This document shows positions 45,322 through 54,258 of a DNA stretch of 64,000 nucleotides, one piece after another. The translations under genes and the position numbers were made by a program. The notes under the pieces are model-generated. The model did not search any database, was not told where the DNA came from, and worked only from the letters and a program-made list of their open reading frames with translations. How positions within the stretch are numbered: the first letter of the stretch is position 1; each line of letters opens with the position of its first letter. Source of the DNA: Candidatus Woesearchaeota archaeon (GTDB lineage Archaea > Nanobdellota > Nanobdellia > Pacearchaeales > GW2011-AR1); the NCBI GenBank assembly GCA_964344105.1, contig CAYFMD010000002.1, positions 2,905-66,904 of the forward strand, read 5' to 3'.

Positions 45322-45351
45322 CATCATCTTTAGATGATGTACCTTCATCAT
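45322..45351 (-). terminator. overlapping inverted repeats (CATCATC-TTTA-GATGATG and ATGATG-n6-CATCAT) in the SUI1/rpl30 junction
   Basis: Perfect 7-bp stem read directly from the sequence. Sits in the only sizeable gap (62 nt) in the r-protein array. Confidence 0.3.
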
Positions 45352-45647
45352 GCGACATCTATTGTGTCTTGCGAAAACCCAAGTTTTACCAAGGCTTCCT
45401 TGGCTCTTGTCTGGTGATCTCCTTGAAGCTCAACGGTATTTTCTCTTACCGTTCCGCCACATGCCAGGGCATGTTTAAGATCCTTGGCGACCTGTTTAAG
45501 GTCCACGCCTTCGAACCCTGAGATTACAGTTATAATCTTACCGAATTTTTTCTTTTCGGTAGAGATTTGTATTCTCTGTTCTGTTTTCGCGATTTCTTCA
45601 CAAACACATGCTTGCAAAGGCAATCCACATTTCGGACATATATCCAT
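45348..45647 (-). CDS. translation initiation factor SUI1/eIF1 family
   Basis: 99 aa, N-terminal CPKCG...CVC, SUI1 core ITVISGFEG...LKHALACGGTV. Confidence 0.7.
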   Translation of the reverse strand: MDICPKCGLPLQACVCEEIAKTEQRIQISTEKKKFGKIITVISGFEGVDLKQVAKDLKHALACGGTVRENTVELQGDHQTRAKEALVKLGFSQDTIDVA

Positions 45648-45847
45648 TATTTGTTCTCAACAGGTTTATTTAACTTGTTGAATGTTAATAGCTTAGCTAT
45701 TGTTCTCTTAATCTCTCTAATCTTGATCTTACGGCCCTTAGCTACATTTACTCTTTCCTTCATCAATTCCATTCTAAGCTCATTAACTTTTTCTTCTCTT
45801 TCCTTATTACTCATCTTCTGAATATCTGAATTTTTTATTACTGCCAT
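45647..45847 (-). CDS. rpl29: 50S ribosomal protein uL29
   Basis: MAVIKNSDIQKMSNKEREEKVNELRMELMKER. Start at internal Met just after the uS3 stop. Confidence 0.75.
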   Translation of the reverse strand: MAVIKNSDIQKMSNKEREEKVNELRMELMKERVNVAKGRKIKIREIKRTIAKLLTFNKLNKPVENK

Positions 45848-45848
45848 C

Positions 45849-46778
45849 TTATTCCTTATTAGCCTCCTCTGCTTTATCAATCTTATCATCTAATATAGCC
45901 TGATCGTCTTCAGCACTAACGCCCTCTTCAATTTCTTCCTCAATAGCCATAGCATCTCCTTCAACTTCTGGAGTTTCTCTAACTCCCTTAGTAGTTGGTT
46001 CAGTAGCTTCTTCCATTGTTAGCTTGTCTTTTTCTTCTTCAGCTTTAGCAACTTCTCCAGCAGCCACCGCAACCTTTTCCGCCCCCTCATCTATCTTAGC
46101 AGACTTGCTCTTCGTTCCTTTTGTCGATTTTCTCTTCTTCTTAGGTTCCTCCACTTCTTCAACCATTCCAAGCTTGCTCCTCATCTCATCATCTACATCA
46201 ATCTTATCGAAGATCTTTGCAGTTGGTGGCATTATAGCAACCTTTACTCCAATGATTCCAGTCTTAGTTAATCCAGTAGCTTGAGCTCTATCAACTTCCT
46301 TTGATGAATCTCCAGCTTTCTTCAAATATCCTTCAGCGAATCTCCATGACTTAGCTCTCTCGCTTGGCAACTTACCAGTTAATCTCAATTCACATCCTAG
46401 AGCACCAGCTTTCATAATCTCTTGTAGCTTCCTATATGCAATAACCTTAAACTTCAAGTTACCCATTCTTTCAAGAGCCATCGCAATCTCATCAGCAACA
46501 CCTTGTGCATCAAACAATGGATTCTCAATCTCACTAATTTCTATATGAGGGTTTTCTAACTTGAACCTTTTCTTCAAAACTTCAGTCAACTGCTGGATCT
46601 GTTCACCCTTTCTACCAATAACCAAACCTGGCTTACTAGTTGAAATTATAATCTTCTCTCCAACTGGAGTATACTCAATATCCAAGTTACTAATCTTTCC
46701 CTTACCTAACTGTCTCTTGATATATTCTTTAATTCCAAATTCTTCCTTCTTCAACTTAACGAACTTATATGCTTCCAT
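45849..46778 (-). CDS. rps3: 30S ribosomal protein uS3 with about 100-aa K/E/A-rich C-terminal extension
   Basis: KH domain IISTSKPGLVIGRKGEQIQ and the uS3 C-domain, then an acidic/lysine-rich tail. Confidence 0.85.
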   Translation of the reverse strand: MEAYKFVKLKKEEFGIKEYIKRQLGKGKISNLDIEYTPVGEKIIISTSKPGLVIGRKGEQIQQLTEVLKKRFKLENPHIEISEIENPLFDAQGVADEIAMALERMGNLKFKVIAYRKLQEIMKAGALGCELRLTGKLPSERAKSWRFAEGYLKKAGDSSKEVDRAQATGLTKTGIIGVKVAIMPPTAKIFDKIDVDDEMRSKLGMVEEVEEPKKKRKSTKGTKSKSAKIDEGAEKVAVAAGEVAKAEEEKDKLTMEEATEPTTKGVRETPEVEGDAMAIEEEIEEGVSAEDDQAILDDKIDKAEEANKE

Positions 46779-46779
46779 C

Positions 46780-47538
46780 TTACATCTCCGTTGTTTTACT
46801 TAAAGCATCAATACATGCCTTAGCCAAATTTAATGTTGTTCTTTTCTTCCCTGTTGTAACGCTATAAACGTCCTTTATTCCAGCGATCTTCAAAATCTTC
46901 TTCAACTCATCTCCTGCAACTAATCCTGTACCTTGAGCAGCTGGCATTAACTTAACTCTACAACTTCCAGCCTTACCTTCTACAGTAAACGGAACAGTAT
47001 GTGGTTCACCACAAGTACAGTCAAAACTACTACAAGCCTTCTTTATTTTCATTAAGTTCAACTTAGCCTTTCTAACTGCCTTCGCTCTAGCTGGCAATGT
47101 CTCTTGAGCTCTTCCATAACCAAGACCAATATAACCTTCACTTCCAGCAACTGCCATACATGAGAATGTAGCAACATTACCTTCCTTAGTCTTTCTCTGA
47201 GTTTGTCTCCAAGCTCTTCTCTTTCCACCACCAAACTTACCCTTAGCCTGACCAATATTCAAAATATCTTCCTTAGTCTTCAATAGCGTATCAACTATTT
47301 CTGGCTCCAAGATTCTATGTGTAAGCGCCTCATCAATATCCTTAATCTTTCCAGCCTTAACCTGTTTACCTAGAGCAGTTTTTGGCTTCCATTCTTCAAG
47401 CTCTCTAGCTTGCTGTTCTTTCAACCTTTCTTCCCTAGCTTTCTCTATCTCTGCTTTTGACTTGGGCTTAAAATCCCTTCGGTCATTTCCACGACCTCTT
47501 GGCCTTGCATTTTCCATTGGTTTCTTTTCTTCTGCCAT
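46780..47538 (-). CDS. rps5: 30S ribosomal protein uS5
   Basis: EWKPKTALGKQVKAGKIKDIDEAL and the uS5 core. Confidence 0.85.
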   Translation of the reverse strand: MAEEKKPMENARPRGRGNDRRDFKPKSKAEIEKAREERLKEQQARELEEWKPKTALGKQVKAGKIKDIDEALTHRILEPEIVDTLLKTKEDILNIGQAKGKFGGGKRRAWRQTQRKTKEGNVATFSCMAVAGSEGYIGLGYGRAQETLPARAKAVRKAKLNLMKIKKACSSFDCTCGEPHTVPFTVEGKAGSCRVKLMPAAQGTGLVAGDELKKILKIAGIKDVYSVTTGKKRTTLNLAKACIDALSKTTEM

Positions 47539-48008
47539 TATTTCAATCCTCCCTTAACTTTTTCTACAAAATCATATTTATTAATCATTTCATCAGTAGG
47601 TAATACTTCTTCATTATGTGGAATCTCCAATCCACCTTCAGCAACTCCTTTAACTGCAGCATAAACTCTGCTACCCTTTGTATTAGGAATCAATCCAGTA
47701 TCTAATATTACTTTATCCACATTCTTTGCTTTAGCTTTATTAGCTAACAACATTCCTCCAAGATAACAAGCTGCAAGACTCTTAAGACTTCCAGCCTTTT
47801 CCTTTGGCCATCTGTATCTCAAAAACTCCTTTGTACTAACCTCACAAATTACCTTGTCCTGAGCATTAACACTTTCAACTACTTGCAATAGTATATACTT
47901 GTTAGACTTTCTAACTACTAATCTTGGAATATTTCCTTTTAGTAGGTTCAATCTCTTAGTATAGTTTGTCTTATTCTCTCTTCGTCTTCTTCTGTCTAGT
48001 CTTTTCAT
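47538..48008 (-). CDS. rpl18: 50S ribosomal protein uL18
   Basis: RRRRENKTNYTKRLNLLKGNIPRLVVRKSNKYI. Confidence 0.8.
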   Translation of the reverse strand: MKRLDRRRRRENKTNYTKRLNLLKGNIPRLVVRKSNKYILLQVVESVNAQDKVICEVSTKEFLRYRWPKEKAGSLKSLAACYLGGMLLANKAKAKNVDKVILDTGLIPNTKGSRVYAAVKGVAEGGLEIPHNEEVLPTDEMINKYDFVEKVKGGLK

Positions 48009-48562
48009 TATTTCTTACCTCCAGTCTTTTTAGTTGGATTCTTCTTTGTTTCCTTAACTTCCTTCTTAGCAGTCTTCTTCATCTTATTAGCTTCCATTTT
48101 CTTCTTTATCTTCTTTGTCTCTGGCTTTCTATCTTTGCTTACCTTATCAAAATCAACATCATCATGTGCCTTCAAATAATCTCTCATAGCAGCCTTACTT
48201 CTAAAATCTCTCATTCTAATTTTATTTCTTATCTTCCAATATAATTCTCTATCCAAAACTCCTCTATCTCTCAAACTCATAGCATACTCTCTCAACTTTC
48301 TAGTTATCTTAACATACTCTTGCTTTCTCTTGTTAACTTTCATCTTAATCTTTCCAGGCCCCCTTCTATGCTTTCTCTTAACATTTGTCTTTCTACCCTT
48401 AACAGGCTTAATGCTAATTATTCCTTCACCATGGAGTTGCTTAATATCCTGTCTAGTAATAGCTTCCTTGATCTCATTCAAGTTCTCTGACTTAAACTGC
48501 AGTCTACCTTTACCAACGCCAAGTGCCTTAGCTGCTAGTTCTTTCTTCTTTGCTAGATTCAT
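48008..48562 (-). CDS. rpl19e: 50S ribosomal protein eL19
   Basis: MNLAKKKELAAKALGVGKGRLQF...HRRGPG, K-rich tail. Confidence 0.8.
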   Translation of the reverse strand: MNLAKKKELAAKALGVGKGRLQFKSENLNEIKEAITRQDIKQLHGEGIISIKPVKGRKTNVKRKHRRGPGKIKMKVNKRKQEYVKITRKLREYAMSLRDRGVLDRELYWKIRNKIRMRDFRSKAAMRDYLKAHDDVDFDKVSKDRKPETKKIKKKMEANKMKKTAKKEVKETKKNPTKKTGGKK

Positions 48563-49152
48563 TTCTTCTTCTCCTTAACTTTAGATTTACTTGCAACATT
48601 TACATCAGCCTTCTTTTCTTTTGTTTTATCTTCCAATCCTTCCTTCTTCTCTTCCTTAGCCTTCTCCTTTTTCTCGGCTTCCTTCTTTGCCTTCTCTTCA
48701 GCTTCCTTAGCCTTCTTATCTCTAGCTATCTTGTCAGCCTTTCTCTTATCTTTCTTATCCTTAGCTTCCTTCATTTTATTTTCTAGATCTTTCAAAAACT
48801 TAGCTGCATCAAATCTGTACAACTCAATCTTATCCTTAACAACCCTCTCAGCAATAGCTTTCTTATTCTTGTCCCCAACCTTTCCTAGTATTCCAATCAT
48901 ATCCTTCCCAATTTTACTCAAATCAGTAACATTGAAAATCTTTACAACTTCCTTGCCCTTAACCAAATGTCTACCAGCATTTTCATTCTTAAATCCAACC
49001 TTAACTTTTCTAACTCTTCCAGCTCTATTTAATCTAATCTTGTTATCTCTACCATTAGGGAATCTGTACTTAACTTTCTTCTTTCTTCTAACTCCTAACT
49101 TTGAATACTTATGAGCATCTACTTGTCTAAATACTGGTTTTGCCTTTGTCAT
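48559..49152 (-). CDS. rpl32e: 50S ribosomal protein eL32 with about 90-aa K/E-rich C-terminal extension
   Basis: RQVDAHKYSKLGVRRKKKVKYRFPNGRDNKIR core, then KDKKDKRKADKIARDKKAKEAEEK... Confidence 0.8.
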   Translation of the reverse strand: MTKAKPVFRQVDAHKYSKLGVRRKKKVKYRFPNGRDNKIRLNRAGRVRKVKVGFKNENAGRHLVKGKEVVKIFNVTDLSKIGKDMIGILGKVGDKNKKAIAERVVKDKIELYRFDAAKFLKDLENKMKEAKDKKDKRKADKIARDKKAKEAEEKAKKEAEKKEKAKEEKKEGLEDKTKEKKADVNVASKSKVKEKKK

Positions 49153-49865
49153 TCTAAATAAACCCTCCCTGGTTTTTGTATAATGAAAATTCCATCTTGG
49201 TAAATTCTTCTATCCTTCCCTCTAACCTTTGCACCTTTCTCAATATTGGTTGCAACTTGACCAGCCTTCTCAATATCATGGCTAGTAATAACAACGTCCT
49301 CTCCGTTAACCTTAACATCAACTCCAGGAATGGTATCGATAATTCTATCCTTCTTCTCTCCCAAGAAGTTCTTAATCGTAAACTTATTACTATTCCCATC
49401 AAAACTAACATTCATTGGGAAGTGTACATTTGAAACTCTCAACTTATACTCAAAACCTTCAGTTAGCCCTTTAACCATATTCTTAACATGTGCCTTGAAA
49501 GTTCCGAAAAGCTTTCTCTCTATCTTTCTATTTCTCTCAGCACTAATAACAACCTTATTTCCCTGAACTGCAACATCTAACAAACTAACCAACTTCCTCT
49601 TAATCTCTTTATCATTTTTCTTAACTGTCAATACTCCATCTTCAACACTAGCACTAACTCCTTCAGGTAATTCAATTTCCTCGTACAAACTATCTTTATC
49701 ATCCTTTCTACTGTTAGCTGGATTATTCTCTACAACTTCCTCAATTACTTCTTCCACTGTCTCTTCCTCATTAGTTGATTCGGGAACTTCTTCTTGCTTC
49801 TCTTCTACAGTTTCTTCCATTTTCTCTTCAGTATTCTCAGTAGTTTGCTTTTCTTCTTCTGCCAT
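49149..49865 (-). CDS. rpl6: 50S ribosomal protein uL6 with acidic N-terminal extension
   Basis: About 60 acidic residues, then IELPEGVSASVEDGVLTVKK and the uL6 core. Confidence 0.8.
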   Translation of the reverse strand: MAEEEKQTTENTEEKMEETVEEKQEEVPESTNEEETVEEVIEEVVENNPANSRKDDKDSLYEEIELPEGVSASVEDGVLTVKKNDKEIKRKLVSLLDVAVQGNKVVISAERNRKIERKLFGTFKAHVKNMVKGLTEGFEYKLRVSNVHFPMNVSFDGNSNKFTIKNFLGEKKDRIIDTIPGVDVKVNGEDVVITSHDIEKAGQVATNIEKGAKVRGKDRRIYQDGIFIIQKPGRVYLE

Positions 49866-50236
49866 TAGTACATATAAGCCATTAGGCTTCCTCCCAAATT
49901 TTCTTCTTCAGCTTCCATGTGCTTCTTCAATCCCTTATTGGTTGAAACAACAACAAATCCAAAATTCTTAGCTGGAAGATATCTTCTTACGTAGAAATTA
50001 ATCTTATCTCTCTTCACTGTATATCTTGGCTTAATCGACTTAATCATATTCAAATCCTTGATCTCAACCTTCAACTTAGTTCCATCAACTTCATAATCTA
50101 ACAATCCGCCTTCCTTAGCTAAATCCAAAATGTGCCTCAATAACTTAGAGTGCTTAGTTAGAACTACCTTTGTCTTTCTAGCCTTTTTGGCATTCATTAT
50201 TACATTCAATCCGTCTGCTACAATATCTTGACTCAT
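49865..50236 (-). CDS. rps8: 30S ribosomal protein uS8
   Basis: MSQDIVADGLNVIMNAKKARK. Start at internal Met after the uS14 stop; the ORF track runs to 50272. Confidence 0.8.
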   Translation of the reverse strand: MSQDIVADGLNVIMNAKKARKTKVVLTKHSKLLRHILDLAKEGGLLDYEVDGTKLKVEIKDLNMIKSIKPRYTVKRDKINFYVRRYLPAKNFGFVVVSTNKGLKKHMEAEEENLGGSLMAYMY

Positions 50237-50237
50237 C

Positions 50238-50468
50238 TTAACTATACTTCTTGAAACCAAGGTCCTCCGCAATTTCTCTAAAGCAATGTCTACAAATATT
50301 CAATTCATAGCTACTTATCATAGCCCCAAATCTTCCACATCTTTCACATTTCTTCTGCGCGATTCCAGTAGTTCGATCCTTTGGCTTATTATGCTTGATA
50401 AGCTTGTTCCTCATAGCAGGTTTATTTCTAAACTGCTTCAACTGCTTTCTCCAATCACTTGCTGTCAT
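50238..50468 (-). CDS. rps14: 30S ribosomal protein uS14 (zinc-binding type)
   Basis: CERCGRFGAMISSYELNICRHCFRE. Start at internal Met; the ORF track runs to 50492. Confidence 0.75.
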   Translation of the reverse strand: MTASDWRKQLKQFRNKPAMRNKLIKHNKPKDRTTGIAQKKCERCGRFGAMISSYELNICRHCFREIAEDLGFKKYS

Positions 50469-50469
50469 T

Positions 50470-51060
50470 TTACTTTTTACCCTCCAGTACATTTAGATTA
50501 AAATGCTTCTTCATATAATCAACAATCTCATCTTGAGTAACTTCTTGTCTCTTAGGATACTTTCCTGTTTTAATTTTTCTAAGCTTAACACTCTTACCTT
50601 TTCTCTTGAAAACCAACATAACTTCAAATCCGCTGATACCAATATCTCTATCGTACTCAAGACCAGGAATTTCAATATATTCATGAATTCCAAAACAGAA
50701 TTGATTAGTTGTAATCTGTTTCTTTTTAATTGTATTATCTACTGCAACGAAGAATCTCTCCAATAAATCATGAATCTTCTTCTTATCTCTAATTGTGATC
50801 TTAGCTCCTGACTTCTTTCCAGGACTAATTCCGAAAGTTGGGATTCTTCTAGTTGATCTAACAACATAAATATTATTTCTTCCGGTTATCATTTCTAATA
50901 GTTTTATTGACTTCTCCAACTTATCTTCAGTCCCACCAGTATGCAGAACCATTTTTTCTATTTCAATTTCTTGCATTGGGTTTTTCTTCATGTGACCTGA
51001 ATCAGATTTATCTGATTTACCTACTTCCACTTCAGCTTTAGTTTCTTGTACTTGTTCCAT
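50470..51060 (-). CDS. rpl5: 50S ribosomal protein uL5
   Basis: PMQEIEIEKMVLHTGGTEDKLEKSIKLLEMITG. Confidence 0.85.
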   Translation of the reverse strand: MEQVQETKAEVEVGKSDKSDSGHMKKNPMQEIEIEKMVLHTGGTEDKLEKSIKLLEMITGRNNIYVVRSTRRIPTFGISPGKKSGAKITIRDKKKIHDLLERFFVAVDNTIKKKQITTNQFCFGIHEYIEIPGLEYDRDIGISGFEVMLVFKRKGKSVKLRKIKTGKYPKRQEVTQDEIVDYMKKHFNLNVLEGKK

Positions 51061-51061
51061 C

Positions 51062-51700
51062 TTACATAGCTATAACGTTCTTTACCCAAACGTTAACTTT
51101 CTCCTTATCATGATCTATTACTGCAATCTTCTTTCCACCTTGCTCAATAATATTTGCAATCTTACCTTGAACACCTGTGTGCTTTCCATGAATAACATAA
51201 CCTTCGCTACCCTTATCCATCTTAACAACCTTGCTTATCTTACCATCCTTCAAACTAACAATTGCAGTATCTCCAACAGCAGCTTTCTCCTTAGAGATAA
51301 TATTCTTTCCATCCATCAAGTTAAATTGAATACCCCTCTTACCTAGATTCTTCTTGCCAATAATCTTAAGGACCTTCTTATCAGCATCCTTTGCTTCCTC
51401 AAACTTGAACTTCTTATTTGTTCCAAGAAGAACTCTGAAATCCTTTCCACCAGCACTAACTACATCAAACAAGGCTACTGGATAGTTTGTATCTCTAACT
51501 TCCTTCCCACTTACCTTAACTTGCTTTTCATTCAATGCCTTCTTTAATTCCTTAGTTGTTCTTACCATCTTCAAAACATCCCTCATTACAACACTCAATG
51601 GAATTGAATTACTATTATTGTGGCTACTAGCCGCTACATACTTATTTCCCTTCTTGGCTACAGGCCAAAAATTACCCATGTTGTGTCTGTTCTTATGCAT
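51062..51700 (-). CDS. rps4e: 30S ribosomal protein eS4
   Basis: Position between uL24 and uL5. YPVALFDVV segment and KOW-like region. Confidence 0.75.
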   Translation of the reverse strand: MHKNRHNMGNFWPVAKKGNKYVAASSHNNSNSIPLSVVMRDVLKMVRTTKELKKALNEKQVKVSGKEVRDTNYPVALFDVVSAGGKDFRVLLGTNKKFKFEEAKDADKKVLKIIGKKNLGKRGIQFNLMDGKNIISKEKAAVGDTAIVSLKDGKISKVVKMDKGSEGYVIHGKHTGVQGKIANIIEQGGKKIAVIDHDKEKVNVWVKNVIAM

Positions 51701-51702
51701 TT

Positions 51703-52143
51703 TTACTTCTTAGCCTCCTTGTTTTCTTTCTTATCATCTTTCTTCTTCTCAGTCTTCTTCGTTTCCTTTCTCTCCAAAGCAGCCTTTCTCTTCTTATCAC
51801 TTAAGTCTAATTCCTTAATCATCAAATTACTTGGAGCAAACTTAACGCTAGTCTTTGTTCCATCCTTCTTAGTTCTATAAATACCATCAATCTCAACTTT
51901 CATCTTCTTCAAATCCACATTCTCAATCTTTCCAGTCTTACCTTTAAACTCCCCCCTCATTATTGAAACATTATCTCCCTTTCTAACTGGGAAGCTTCTC
52001 TTCTCATGTTTCTTCCTTAGATCCTTACTTAAAGTTACACTTACCATTTTTCTTCTCAAATGCAATGGAGCATTAGCTACATACTTTCTCTGCTTTCTAG
52101 GTTGCTTACTCCCTGTCCATGATGCTGAAAATTTGTTTTTCAT
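51703..52143 (-). CDS. rpl24: 50S ribosomal protein uL24 with K-rich tail
   Basis: VRKGDNVSIMRGEFKGKTGKIENVDLKKMKVEIDGI (KOW). Confidence 0.8.
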   Translation of the reverse strand: MKNKFSASWTGSKQPRKQRKYVANAPLHLRRKMVSVTLSKDLRKKHEKRSFPVRKGDNVSIMRGEFKGKTGKIENVDLKKMKVEIDGIYRTKKDGTKTSVKFAPSNLMIKELDLSDKKRKAALERKETKKTEKKKDDKKENKEAKK

Positions 52144-52544
52144 TATAGTACAAACCTCGCTATTTTATTTACAAACGGCCATCTTTCACCAGCTTCTTTA
52201 GCTATTGGTCCTTTAATCTGAGTTCCCTTTGGATTACCTTTTTCATCCTTCAATAAAGCAACTGCATTATCTTGGAATGCAACTCTCTCACCAGTGAATC
52301 TTCTGAAAGGCTTCTTCTGTCTGATAACAACCGCATCGAAAACTTCTCCCTTCATCTTAGGATCTCCCTTTCTAACCGAAACTTTAACCCAATCTCCAAT
52401 CTTAGCATATTGCTGTCTACCCTTTCTAGTCTTTCCACCCTTAACACTAACAATCTTAACGATTCTTGCTCCACTATTATCACTAGCTGTACATAGCGTT
52501 CCAATATTCATACTCTTAGTCGCCTTAGCTGCAAATCCTTTCAT
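52143..52544 (-). CDS. rpl14: 50S ribosomal protein uL14
   Basis: NIGTLCTASDNSGARIVKIVSV. Confidence 0.85.
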   Translation of the reverse strand: MKGFAAKATKSMNIGTLCTASDNSGARIVKIVSVKGGKTRKGRQQYAKIGDWVKVSVRKGDPKMKGEVFDAVVIRQKKPFRRFTGERVAFQDNAVALLKDEKGNPKGTQIKGPIAKEAGERWPFVNKIARFVL

Positions 52545-52891
52545 TATTTCTTTCCTCCAGCTTTTGTTTCTTTACTTTCCTTATCAGCTTTACCTGTAAC
52601 CACGAAATGTATTATCTTACTGATAGGCCTGCATTCTTTAATTTCAACATAATCTCCAAGGTTGATGTCCTTAGCCATGCAATCTGGAACTCTAGCATGA
52701 AGCTTAGTCTTTCTCTTTGAGTATCTCTCGTACTTCTTTATGTAAATTGTTCTTTCAAACTCAATTACAATTCTCTTCGGGAATTTCTTAATAACAGTTC
52801 CACTAAAAGTTCTTCCTCTAAGACTTATGTCTCCATGAGTTGGACACGCAAAGTCCTTACATTCTACTTTCTCAGTTTTTGCTGCTGTCAT
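52544..52891 (-). CDS. rps17: 30S ribosomal protein uS17
   Basis: CKDFACPTHGDISLRGRTFSGTVIKK. Confidence 0.8.
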   Translation of the reverse strand: MTAAKTEKVECKDFACPTHGDISLRGRTFSGTVIKKFPKRIVIEFERTIYIKKYERYSKRKTKLHARVPDCMAKDINLGDYVEIKECRPISKIIHFVVTGKADKESKETKAGGKK

Positions 52892-52940
52892 CTTGAATTT
52901 CTTTGAAATTTAAGAACCTGAAATTTTTAATTTCAGGATT

Positions 52941-53567
52941 TTATTTCTTGTTCCCTCCCATTGGTACTAATTTAATTTGAACATGTGATCTCTTGTGCTT
53001 TCCTTGACCGAATCTCTTCATTGGCCTTGAAGCAACATTTGCCATGCAAGTTAGCTTTACCTTCTCTAACTCTAACTCATGGTTAATTGCATTAGCTTTT
53101 AAACTTTTCAGTAACATTGAAAACTCCTTAACTGCATTCAAAGGATATCTTCCACTCATCATCTTACCTTTTCTGTGAGGGATCTCTCCTCTCATTGGAA
53201 CAGCCGCTCTCATCTTACTAACTTCCTCAAGATCTGCTATTGCATCTTCGATGTTCTTGTTCTTGATGAAGTTGCAAACAGCAACCGCATGTTTAGTTGA
53301 AATTCTAAGATCCCTTCCATTAACAACTACCTCAGTTCTCTTTGGGCCTGTACTTTTCTTTTCTGATTTCTTTTTAGTATCTTTAACATCTTTATCACTC
53401 GCGGCAGATTTTTCCTCGTTTCCACTTTCCTTATCCTTCGTTTCCTTTTTAGAGCTACCAGTATCTACAACAGGAGCCTTATCCTCAGTATCTTTAACTT
53501 CAGTTACAGGCTTCTCATTCTTTACATCTTCCATCTTCTGATTATCTATCTCCTTCTGCTCTACCAT
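52941..53567 (-). CDS. rpl22: 50S ribosomal protein uL22 with about 80-aa K/E-rich N-terminal extension
   Basis: uL22 core ISTKHAVAVCNFIKNKNIEDAIADLEEV, preceded by low-complexity KDTEDK... Confidence 0.8.
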   Translation of the reverse strand: MVEQKEIDNQKMEDVKNEKPVTEVKDTEDKAPVVDTGSSKKETKDKESGNEEKSAASDKDVKDTKKKSEKKSTGPKRTEVVVNGRDLRISTKHAVAVCNFIKNKNIEDAIADLEEVSKMRAAVPMRGEIPHRKGKMMSGRYPLNAVKEFSMLLKSLKANAINHELELEKVKLTCMANVASRPMKRFGQGKHKRSHVQIKLVPMGGNKK

Positions 53568-53609
53568 ATTTGAACTTCTCCAAAGTTTAAAATTTTAATT
53601 TTCATCATT

Positions 53610-53846
53610 TTATGCCGCTCCCTCATACCTCCTAATAGCCTCATCTATTCCATCTAAGCCAGCATCGGGATTTCTTCCAAAGTATTGAGCAGAATTAACT
53701 AGAAACGCTGTAGCAGCATCCATCAAATCTCCAACAGGTTCATCGTTAATTGGACAAATAGGCCTGCCCAATTCCTCAACAAGAACTCCCAACTCATAAC
53801 TAAAAGTATCAATTACCAATCTTGCTATATTATCATAATTTGTCAT
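53610..53846 (-). CDS. hypothetical small acidic protein inserted between uS19 and uL22
   Basis: 78-aa ORF. Not a recognisable r-protein. Confidence 0.3.
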   Translation of the reverse strand: MTNYDNIARLVIDTFSYELGVLVEELGRPICPINDEPVGDLMDAATAFLVNSAQYFGRNPDAGLDGIDEAIRRYEGAA

Positions 53847-53847
53847 C

Positions 53848-54258
53848 TTACTTCACGCTCCTTGATGCACTTGACCTTGTAGCTCCAACACCAGCTGATC
53901 CGTGCTTTACTTTATTTCTTGTTAGCGAAAATTCTCCAAGTCTATGTCCCAACATATCTCCAGTAACATCGATTGGAACAAACTGCTTTCCGTTGTAAAC
54001 ATTTATCCTCATTCCAACCATTCCAGGAACAATAACCAAATGTCTCAAGTGAGTCTTAATCTGCTTATTCTTATCTAACTTAGTCTTACAAACGGTCAAG
54101 AACTTATGCAACTCGTCATATTGCCTCAAAGCAGTTCTCTTCTCATTAGACTTCAACAACTTAGCAAACTCTCTAATATCAAGAGCCTTTAGCTCATCCA
54201 GAGATTTACCTCTATAACTGAATTCTTTCTTCCCTACTACTTGCTTTTCATCTGCCAT
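53848..54258 (-). CDS. rps19: 30S ribosomal protein uS19
   Basis: HLRHLVIVPGMVGMRINVYNGKQFVPIDVTGDMLGHRLGEFSLTR. Confidence 0.85.
   Translation of the reverse strand: MADEKQVVGKKEFSYRGKSLDELKALDIREFAKLLKSNEKRTALRQYDELHKFLTVCKTKLDKNKQIKTHLRHLVIVPGMVGMRINVYNGKQFVPIDVTGDMLGHRLGEFSLTRNKVKHGSAGVGATRSSASRSVK

Noticed and set aside
45348-45647. SUI1 gene appearing GC-richer than its neighbours, suggesting horizontal acquisition
   Set aside because: The difference from the adjacent r-protein genes is modest, and SUI1 is a normal resident of this archaeal cluster. By-eye GC estimates are too crude.
48590-48800. Repetitive aag/aaa/gaa-rich DNA that superficially looks like a repeat array
   Set aside because: It is coding sequence for lysine/glutamate tails, not spaced direct repeats. 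No CRISPR-like repeat-spacer periodicity appears anywhere in the window.
48550-49114. Antisense ORFs 48550..48786 and 48731..49114 overlapping eL32/eL19. Similar ones are 45567..45821, 46024..46284, 53251..53541 and 55193..55393.
   Set aside because: These are artefacts of K/E-rich low-complexity coding on the opposite strand. They are Leu/Ser/Phe-rich nonsense proteins fully embedded in confidently identified r-protein genes.
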